A stretch of DNA of 10,396 nucleotides, taken from Vitrella brassicaformis CCMP3155 (lineage: Eukaryota; Protista; Chromerida). The translations under genes and the position numbers were made by a program. The stretch lies in NCBI GenBank assembly GCA_001179505.1, contig CDMY01000923.1, forward strand, positions 1 through 10,396. The letters run 5' to 3'. Positions 1-7,820 of the stretch are shown here, one piece after another. The notes beneath the pieces are model-generated. The model was given only the letters and a program-made list of their open reading frames with translations, was not told the origin of the DNA and ran no database searches. The first letter of the stretch is position 1. Each line of letters opens with the position of its first letter.

Positions 1-256
1 GCAACGATGCACAGCACTTTGTAATCGCATTAAAGGCAGAGAGCGGGGGACGAAGTTCGTCTAGGCCTCAGTTCGTATCAAGCAAGGAAATGGGAACAAA
101 CGCGCGAAGACAATGCAAAACGCTTATTGGCTGCAAACAAATGCATGTTGCGCACTGCAACCAAGCGTGAGACATGCACCACGATAGACATACAACACAT
201 ACGCAGCATCCAGATCCAGCCAGCCACCTCACAGCCCCGGTGTGTGACCTGTGGGC
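1..256 (+). repeat. Left arm of a long inverted repeat (partner 9786-10041); runs off the window start, so the true length is unknown
   Basis: Position p pairs with 10042-p. I count 3 mismatches over 1-242 (at 190, 214, 233); the match decays between 243 and 256. Confidence 0.97.
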
Positions 257-570
257 AGGACACTTGAAAAGCATTCCAGCTGATGCGCTAACGACAAACG
301 CTGCCCCCAATGATTCATGACACCCTAATGAAAATACGCACAATCCTCTGCGGAGCTGGCGGGTGGGGGGACGCGGCGTGGCGCCAAGCAAGGTGAGGGT
401 CTCCGCACCCAACGTCTCCGCCGCGAGTTTTCCAACTTACTGGCCCGGTATGTATGATTTGGGGGGCTCCTGTTTCCGCAGTCCCAATGCCGTCCCCGGC
501 CTAATGAAATAGGGCCGACAGCGCTACGTCCCCCGCTTCTCCACGCGGAGAGGAATGCGTACAACATAGC

Positions 571-2576
571 ATGCTTGATGAGGGAGCGCAGAAGGACGTC
601 AACTTCTTCTTGGAGGTACAGTGAAGACGCTGCACGCAGACAAAGTAACGCGGCGCGCTGCATGCTCTTTCTGCACTGTTTATTCGCTTCAAAAAATATT
701 AGGCCATCGGCACCGGCCCGGCACAGCTGCACGTCGCCCTGTTGTGTGGCATTCTCTTCTTCTGCTACGGCGCTGAAGTGCTGGCCCTGTCTGTCATCAA
801 CTCATCCCTGGGCTCCGACTGGTGCGCCAGTGCAAGTGGCTGTGTCTCTTTGCGTGTCGACTAGCGTACGCAAGAAGCACGGCGACAACTGGTTCCTCGA
901 TGGTGCCGTGTGTTGTTCACTTCCCGACAGGTACTCCCCCGTCGGCCGGGGGATGCTGATGAGCGCGACGCTGCTCGGGTTCGCGGCAGGCGGCATTTCT
1001 GTTGGTGCTCTGGCTGACCGATACGGCAGGAAGTCTCCAAACCTGCTGGCGCTTGGAGGGATCATCGTGGGCAACGCCGCATCGATGTTCGCACCAAACT
1101 ACTGGCATATGCTGGGGATGCGAGCATTTGTTGGGTTTTGCATGGGCTGGGGCATCCCATCCTGGCTGAGTCTTGCCAGCGAGTTGTCGCCGATTGCAGC
1201 GAGAGCCCCACTGCAGGCCGCCGGTGCGCTCTTCTCGGTGTTCGGGGGAGTCTACGTGTGTGTCTGCATCGTCGTTCTCGACCCACACATGCATATCGAG
1301 TGGAGGCACCTGGTCCTGCTTGCGACAATCCCACCCTTGCTCAGCTTGCTGCCGGCCGCCATACTGCTTCCTGAGAGCCCTCGGTGGGCATTCCTGCACG
1401 GGCAGACGGACAAGGCGAGGAGGATACTGCTGAAGATGGCGAGGCAGAACGGGAAGAGGATATCTGCACTGGAGGATGAGAGTAGCTCCGAGTGGGCCGC
1501 ACCCGTAGAGGAGACCAGGGGAGGGCCCACGGCATACAAGGTCATATTCTCGAGGAAATACAGATTCACCACAGCCATGTGAGTGAGCACAGAAGAGTTA
1601 ACACAGGCAGATCGATCGACGCGCACCATGACTAGGGGCTGTGCTTGCTATCTGTGTGTGTATGCAGCCTCTGCTACTCGACGCTAGCATGCAGCCTCTG
1701 CATGTACGGCATGCTCTACTCGCTCCCTCAATGTGGGTGCGACGGCAATCACAGGCACACACCCGATAATCGCGGCACCCATGACATGTCACCCGTGTGT
1801 CTGCCCGATGCAGGTCTGCCAGAGATGGAGAAGGCAAGCAGTATTGCTGAGGGCTGGCAGTTGCTCATTGGGGAGGCGGTCAGCAGCCTCAACGCTATCC
1901 TCGTTTCGGCTGCTGATGTGATGCCCAGGATACTCTCCCAGTTCTTTGCCCTGCTGGTCACGTCGGCCGCTCTGCTCCTCTTCGCCCTCTTTCTCTTCTT
2001 CAGACACCCCGCAGCCACCTGGGCAGCGGTCGCCGCCAAGTTCGCCGGCCGCTGCGCATTCAATTTCCTCTACTTCTACACGTCGGAACTCTACCCCACC
2101 TCGTGCAGAGCATCCGGCGTCGGACTGGCCATCTCGTTCGGCCGCATCGGGGCATTATCTCCCCTCTACTGTTCGAATGGCTCGTGGCCGCGGTGGAGGA
2201 CCACCCAGTGGTGCAAAAGCACCCGGGAGGCAAATTCTCGGCCTACTTCTTGCTCGTGGCCGTCTGCCTGCTCGTCGATGCCCTCCTTGTGCTGTGTCTC
2301 CCCTTCGAGACGCGGCTCCAAGCTCTAGAGGAGACCTATGTCGACGTGAGGCTAGACAAACGGTTTAGGGTGCCACGGCTGGGCCGGCGGTTCTCTAACC
2401 TTGACAAGATGGTGGACGACTTCCAGTATGCCCGCCGTCCACGGTCGTCCTCCATGCCTCCCGTGTCATCCTTGCCGTACGGTAGGGTGGGTGCGGGTCA
2501 TTTGGACAGGCGTAGCAGTCTGCCGGTTGCGTCGGATGCGAGAAGGGTGGAGGGGTACCGGACGTGCGGTGAGTGA
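571..2576 (+). CDS. Major facilitator superfamily transporter, SV2/SVOP/organic-cation-transporter-like. Exons 571-615, 703-821, 931-1578, 1668-1732, 1814-2576; 1-bp frameshift at 2149-2152 (pseudogene or sequence error)
   Basis: Splicing at canonical GT-AG sites (616-702, 822-930, 1579-1667, 1733-1813) gives MLDEGAQKDVNFFLE/AIGTGPAQLHVALLCGILFFCYGAEVLALSVINSSLGSDW/YSPVGRGMLMSATLLG... The product carries MFS motif A (GALADRYGRK), 'SELSPIAARA', 'LPESPRW' and 'SELYPTSCRASGVGLAISFGRIG'. After a frame change it continues 'GIISPLL...CLPFETR'. Exon total is 1640 nt; +1 nt gives 546 aa plus stop. The start codon is uncertain: a possible upstream exon 310/328-392 could splice to 513 in phase. GTGAGT at 2569 could be a further donor. 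Confidence 0.9.
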
Positions 2577-2822
2577 TGGTGCAGATGGACTCGTAAATTC
2601 GGTATCAAAACGGACTTCGCTCCTGTGGTCGCTCTGCTCCTCTTTGGAGCTCCCGCACATGAGTGTCATGATGGTGGTTCTGCAATGGGACGTGCCGCTG
2701 GATAAGGCATGAACGAACGAATCACTCTGTCATTCTCTCGAGTCACACGAGTGTGCTTGCGTGTCAACCAATGTCATAGATATTCTACGGTGTATGTATG
2801 ATATTCTGTCTGCTTACCGGTA

Positions 2823-4160
2823 CTACGGAGGTAAGTCGCGGTCATCTATCCAAAGGGCAGGCGGCTGAGTGCTGAGATACTCCAGCAGCCTTCTCTCTCT
2901 TTCTCTCTCTCTCTCCTGTGTGTCAGTTGGAGGCCATCCTGGCCCAGAACGAAAGACGACTGGTAACCCAGAGTCAACCACGCACCCCGACCACCACCAA
3001 CCCATGTGTGCGTTGACGGCGCATGATTCGGGCTCTCTCCTGCTCAACCTCAATCTCGTGTTGCACAGCCGCGGCACCACTGCACGCATTCAATGCAGGC
3101 AAAAAAAAAACACACACACACACACATGGACGCCGATCAGGCTCTTGGTTTGTCGATTTGGTGTGGTCGTACTGGTACCCGGGTGGGCTGGGTGACTTCG
3201 CCCTCGGCACCCACATCGCCATACGGCTGCATGGATGTCGAGACACAGCAGTCATTGCACATGTGCCAATGTCTTTGTCTCCGTATCTCTGCCTCCCTTC
3301 TTCTCCCTCCCTCCCTCCCTCCCTGCCTCTCTCTTTGCCTACTTGAGTTGCCTGGAGTGGCGCGGGGGACCACCAATCGTGGAGAGAATGGGGCCATCCA
3401 TCCATACAGGCAGGATTTCCTGTCCCCTCCGGCTATAGCATATCTCACCCGTACGAGGACGGGTATGAGGGTCGCGCGCTTGCGTATGCGCTCACGGACG
3501 CAGGTGACGGTGTGCTGAGGGCAAACCTGCGCACATTCAGACACAGAAAGAGCCATGCATCCGACACACACCGTCTCGTCTTTCTCTGTACTCGTTGGCT
3601 GATTTCTTGTTCGTGGTCGTTGGGTACGTGCAGCTCTTCTGCTTGTTCTTCTTGCGGGTCACGGGAATGAGCGGGTCGCCGTTGTCCTCATCTGCCTCAT
3701 CCACAGGTGGCTCAAAGACGTCACACCACAACACACTGCCAAATTCACAGAGACAGACGAGGAACGTGCAGCAGCACGAGCCGGCAGCGATCGGCCTCAC
3801 CTGGACTGGTCGGCAGATGGAGACAGAAAACGTGCGGCCGGAGTGTTCCCCTTCACCTCTTCATTCTCATCGTCAGACCTGACACACAATCTGCCTTTCG
3901 CCCATCCATCCACCTACCCACCGTGCTGGTGTTTCGGCGGCAGGGGATCACTTGCGCGCGGCCGCCCTCTCCGTCTTGGCCCTGAGCTTGCGCACCGCCT
4001 CCATCGCTCTCGTCTCCTCCTCCTGCCTGCGCGCCTTGTTCGCCTCCTCCTCTCTGATCAGCTCAGCCATGATGCGATCCGCCTTGGCTGCCCGGTCCCG
4101 GAGTGGTTGAGTGCAGGGGCGCCTGTGAGAGACTTGACGGTCGGCAGCGGGAGGCTGGAC
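2823..4160 (-). CDS. Multi-exon gene of unknown function with charged, coiled-coil-like segments; exon boundaries approximate and 5' end not defined
   Basis: Minus-strand segments bounded by plausible splice sites read AAKADRIMAELIREEEANKARRQEEETRAMEAVRKLRAKTERAAARK (donor at 3951), SDDENEE, PPVDEADEDNGDPLIPVTRKKNKQKS, AVQHEIEVEQERARIMRRQR, and a likely last exon 2915-2823 ERERERERRLLEYLSTQPPALWIDDRDLPP*. No family motif recognised. Confidence 0.5.
2891..2916. repeat. (TC)n microsatellite, probably coding ER repeats on the minus strand
   Basis: ttctctctctttctctctctctctcc. Confidence 0.85.
3101..3126. repeat. A10 followed by (CA)8 microsatellite
   Basis: aaaaaaaaaacacacacacacacaca; on the minus strand this forms the TG/T-rich body of a likely intron. 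Confidence 0.9.
3305..3324. repeat. (CCCT)5 microsatellite
   Basis: ccctccctccctccctccct. Confidence 0.9.
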
Positions 4161-4185
4161 CTGTGAGACAGGCATGGTGCGGCTG

Positions 4186-4215
4186 TTTGACCCATCGTGG
4201 TTTGACCCATCGTGG
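4186..4215. repeat. Exact 15-bp tandem duplication
   Basis: tttgacccatcgtgg x2. Confidence 0.95.
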
Positions 4216-4302
4216 TGGCGTACGTGTGCGCGGAGGCTCGGTAGCATCTGCATCCATCCACGATACAAACAACAAAAAGAGCAACGAATGGGAGCCGACG
4301 TA

Positions 4303-4394
4303 CAGTCCGGACCGCGTAAGTGGGTCACCGCATAAGCGGGTCAGTTGCGTATGTGGGTCAGCCCTGTACTGACCCACTTACGCGGTCCGGACTG
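4303..4394. mobile_element. 92-bp MITE of Tc1/mariner (IS630-Tc1-mariner/pogo) type
   Basis: Perfect 25-bp TIRs CAGTCCGGACCGCGTAAGTGGGTCA (4303-4327) and TGACCCACTTACGCGGTCCGGACTG (4370-4394), flanked by TA on both sides (4301-4302, 4395-4396). A TA target duplication and CAG(T) termini are established Tc1/mariner hallmarks. Confidence 0.9.
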
Positions 4395-4650
4395 TAGTAC
4401 TGCCAGCCATTCTGTCTCGGGTCGATTCGTGTATCTTGTGTGCCAGATACCTTGTCGTCCTTCCATGTGCCTTTTGAGGGTTTGCAACCTGGTCGTGTGA
4501 TCGTGCCTTTGCCCTCGCGCTTGCCGTCAACTCACGAACCCTCGTACGTGACCATGTGCACCCATACACAAACAACATTTATGCACTGCTGCGGCTCGCA
4601 TGCCATAGCCGCGACTTACGCGCATACGCGAGTAGTTACAGACGGCCCGC

Positions 4651-4678
4651 CACGAGTAACAAGACACGAGTAACAAGA
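4651..4678. repeat. Exact 14-bp tandem duplication
   Basis: cacgagtaacaaga x2. Confidence 0.95.
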
Positions 4679-5021
4679 CAACCGACCAGCCAGCCGGGTC
4701 GTGCGTAGCGCCCTCACATTCGTGCGTGCGCAGGACAAGAGTGTTTTGTCCACTTTTCTTCATGCAGGGCCGGCTGAGATCTGGCGCCCCGCCTCACTTC
4801 TCCTCCGAGCGACGCGCGTCGCTCCTGCATGCTGCACAAGGTTCCCCCCCTTTGCGGGGGTTCATGGGTGTCTCCTTCGGCCTCTTGCCTCTCGTGTGAG
4901 CCTTGTCTTCCGTCTTGCCATCCATTCGTCGTGTGCTTCTCAGAACCATGCCTGTCTGCATGCACCCAACTTTCCTGTGTTTCCATGCATCGTCTGCTTC
5001 CACCCACCCACCCATCGATGT

Positions 5022-5063
5022 CACACACACACAGACACACGCACACAGACACACGCACACACA
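5022..5063. repeat. Compound CA-rich microsatellite
   Basis: cacacacacacagacacacgcacacagacacacgcacacaca. Confidence 0.85.
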
Positions 5064-5228
5064 ACTTGCATGAAAAGGACTCTTTATCCGGGAGGGATAA
5101 AAAGGGAACGCCGCGGATTTTTTACGTCGTCGACATTCGAGCACGAATTTACAACACAAACAAATAAAACGATAAAAACGATTTTCCCAATTTAATGCTG
5201 CTGAGTGGCCCCAGTACACGCGGTCGTT

Positions 5229-6193
5229 ATGAGCGTCGTCGGCGTTGTCTTGGCGGCGCTACTCGTGGAGCCTCTCGCAGGTCAGAACCATGTACGAGAC
5301 CTACTGTGGAAGTCGTATACGTTTGGCTGGGCGAGAACCTTACTGTGTGCGCACCCCGTTGAAGCCTCCTCCCTTTGATTTGATTTTTTTTAAATTACTC
5401 CCTTTTTTTATTTTCATTTGAGATTCTTTAAAATTACTCATTGCTCCTTTGATTTTTCGAGGGGTTTGCGAAGTTTTAAAGTAGAGATGGCTGGTTTGGA
5501 GGCGGCGAAGTGAAGAGGGTCTAAACGTGTTTTCAATGGCTAAAACAAGCCTCAAAATGGCATTTTGCCCCCCCNNNNNNNNNNNNNNNNNNNNNNNNNN
5601 NNNNNNNNNNNNNNNNNNNNNNNNNNNNNNNNNNNNNNNNNNNNNNNNNNNNNNNNNNNNNNNNNNNNNNNNNNNNNNNNNNNNNNNNNNNNNNNNNNNN
5701 NNNNNNNNNNNNNNNNNNNNNNNNNNNNNNNNNNNNNNNNNNNNNNNNNNNNNNNNNNNNNNNNNNNNNNNNNNNNNNNNNNNNNNNNNNNNNNNNNNNN
5801 NNNNNNNNNNNNNNNNNNNNNNNNNNNNNNNNNNNNNNNNNNNNNNNNNNNNNNNNNNNNNNNNNNNNNNNNNNCCCCCCCCCCCCCCCGGTCATCACCT
5901 AAAGTTTTCATTTAATATTTTTCGGCGGTTTGCCGGTCTTTAAACATTTTTCTGCACATTTGGGACGTTTTAAAAATAGCTCGATCAGGGGAGGAAGCTT
6001 CAACGGGGTGTGTGTGCGTCCGTGTGCCCGTGGCGGTATGATCATCCTCTCCTGTCGTGTGTCCAGGAGTTACGAAGGGGCTTCCGTGCAAAGGAGCGAT
6101 CGAGAGGTTTGGGAGCAGTGAGGGCGGATGGGAGATTTGCACGGCGGAGGACACATTTGACGGCCCTTTTGTGGTATACAGCATTGGTCTTGG
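5229..6193 (+). CDS. 5' part of a METTL24 / Methyltransf_22-like (FkbM-related) SAM-dependent methyltransferase with N-terminal signal/anchor. Exon 1 5229-5280, exon 2 6067 to about 6193; downstream exons not found
   Basis: Exon 1 MSVVGVVLAALLVEPLAG ends in a phase-1 donor (GTCAGA at 5281). The acceptor tgtgtccag at 6066 resumes in phase: VTKGLPCKGAIERFGSSEGGWEICTAEDTFDGPFVVYSIGLG. The pattern R-x-G-x(3-4)-GGW-x-(I/V)-C...V-Y-S-x-G-x-G is the N-terminal signature I recall for this family. The frame stops at 6210-6212 inside the repeat element. Confidence 0.7.
5352..6010. mobile_element. AT-rich DNA transposon with 22-bp TIRs and 8-bp TSD (hAT- or P-superfamily-like), inserted in intron 1 of the methyltransferase gene; interior interrupted by a gap
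   Basis: Left TIR CACCCCGTTGAAGCCTCCTCCC (5352-5373) matches the reverse complement of 5989-6010 at 21/22. Exact TSD TGTGTGCG at 5344-5351 and 6011-6018. The interior is far more AT-rich than the flanks. Confidence 0.88.
5575..5874. other. Assembly gap (300 N) bounded by C7 and C15 runs
   Basis: Run of N; the same round length as the second gap suggests a placeholder size. Confidence 0.99.
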
Positions 6194-6195
6194 TA

Positions 6196-6270
6196 CTGTG
6201 AGGGTCGGATAAATGGGACGCTGCTTATATGGGAAAATCGTTATGTGGGAAATGTCCCATTTATCCGTTG
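6196..6270 (+). mobile_element. Left end of a Tc1/mariner-type element related to the 4303 MITE; matching right terminus not found
   Basis: TA (6194-6195) then CTGTGAGGGTCGGATAAATGGGACG, 15/25 identical without gaps to the MITE TIR in the same register. Direct motif copies at 6210, 6226 and 6242, plus an inverted 14-bp copy (6254-6267 vs 6206-6219). Confidence 0.6.
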
Positions 6271-6584
6271 TGAATGTTGCGCATTTCCCAAGCCGGTGAC
6301 ATTCATTCATTGTGAGCCGTCGCCATGACCTGCATGATGTCCACCGTGCCTCACTGATCACTGTGAACCAAATTTCACCGTCAAACACCCACAAACAGCC
6401 GAGATCCTGGCCGCCAAAGTGGGGCCAGCAAGCACAAGAGAAGCAGCGAGGCAAAGAAGCAACGAAGCAGCATGAATGGCTTGCCTCTGAGCCCACAGTA
6501 GCATTTGCAGTGAACCAAAGAGTCACGAACCATCGTCAGACGAGCAGGCGGCCGCCTGCGGCCCTCCTCACCAACGGAGTGAGA

Positions 6585-7481
6585 AGTGCTACTCTCGAGA
6601 GCCTCTCCGAGAGCTATAGACGTCATCATCGCACCATCCGCCTCCCCTCTTATCAGCGATGAGCTTCTTTTCCAAGTTGTTCGACCTTCCTGCTTTCGAC
6701 GGCGTCAGTTACGACGTTCGCTGCAGCCTCAGGCCAGGCAGTGAGGTGGAGCGAGAGTTGAATGCCGAGCAGGCTGTGGCAGAGGAGGATAGTGGTGAGC
6801 AGGTGAACGTAGATATCGATTGAAGTGTGTTGGTGTGGTGAGTGACTGTCTCTGCATGAGTCATGCGTGTTTTTGGACATTCCATCACTCGATCTGTCGA
6901 TAGCTCGTCGCATTCCATCACTCATTCGCCAGTGAATCACTCCCGCTTGTCTGTCTCGCCCAAGCAACGCTCAAGCACTTGCTTTGCTGGCTCTCCTCGT
7001 CCTCGCCGCCGGCGGGGTTGCTTTTTTTTTCTTTTTTCCGGGCCAAGCTCGACGCCAGGCGAGTCAGGTGGCCTGCCGGGATGCCCTGGTGACTCAAACA
7101 GGCAAGCAGAAGGCGTGCGAATTTGGTCGGCTAAATGGGACAACGGATATATGGGACATTTTGATGGTCATGTTCTGAGATGAAAATCATTCGACGGTGA
7201 TTTGCGACGAAAAGGCGAGTCTGCTTGGCGAGGTTGAGTCTCGATGTAAACGGAAGAGCCGCTGCTTTACATCGAGGCACGAAGACCCATTTGTGACAAA
7301 CAAGAGGGTGGGCAACAGAGTCACCTGAGGCATCTGGCGGCATTCATCCAGCCGAACACACGTTTGTGCAGCCCTGATGTGTTCGGCCTTCTTTCCTCCT
7401 CAGTCATTCTATGCATCACTTCACCCTCCGCCCACACACCCACCCACCCATCCGTCCACCCACTCATCGTAAGAGCGATTT
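6585..7481 (+). repeat. Direct repeat, copy 1 (partner 8121-8969)
   Basis: 6585-7259 appears identical to 8121-8795 (offset 1536; identical ORF translations). 7260-7481 aligns to 8796-8969 with substitutions and indels. Confidence 0.95.
7126..7158 (+). repeat. Two tandem copies of the CGG-x-TA(A/T)ATGGGAC motif of the 6196 element (also at 8662-8694)
   Basis: gtcggctaaatgggac matches 6204-6219 at 15/16; the second copy cggatatatgggac follows 16 bp later. Confidence 0.8.
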
Positions 7482-7820
7482 GATGGCCATTTCGACTGAT
7501 GCATTCACTGCTGCAGGCGGTGGGACGGCATGATTTATGTGATCTGCTTCCTGTTATGCTTGCTGTTCATGCCTTTCATGCCGTCATGGCCCATCAGACG
7601 CGGTTGATGACGCCAATTGCATGTGTCAATGACGAATCGTCTTGCAAAATCACTCAGGCTTCATCACTAAGTTGCGTGGCGTGTGTGGAGATCAACGATG
7701 AATCAAACATTCGGAGACATCCAAGGGCTCTCGCAGCCATCCAAGGTCTGATTGAATGAATGAGAGAACAGACGGTTTTTCGTCGTTTTGAGTGACTTTG
7801 AGCGAGAAAAAAAGAGTCAA

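Noticed and set aside
49-64. Palindrome GACGAAGTTCGTC followed by CTAG as a Helitron 3' end
   Set aside because: The hairpin overlaps CTAG instead of lying about 10-12 bp upstream, and there is no matching 5' TC end or A/T insertion site.
575-930. N-terminal 119 aa of the 335-aa ORF (MMRERRRT...)
   Set aside because: Read-through of introns and an out-of-frame exon; MFS homology in this stretch is in another frame (571-615, 703-821).
5527-5943. ORFs spanning the N gaps (also 7692-8280)
   Set aside because: Artefacts of N runs lacking stop codons.
6481-6500. CACAGTA at 6494-6500 as the right terminus of the 6196 element
   Set aside because: Only about 7 bp match the left end, the TAAATGGGAC motif is absent, and the methyltransferase motif does not resume after it.
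6312-7183. Short overlapping ORFs in the duplicated unit and their copies at 8189-8719
   Set aside because: No recognisable domain, no transposase DDE or HTH motif, and ORFs on both strands as expected by chance in GC-rich DNA.
7499-7759. 86-aa ORF ending EINDESNIRRHPRALAAIQGLIE
   Set aside because: No homology or splice context that I can support.
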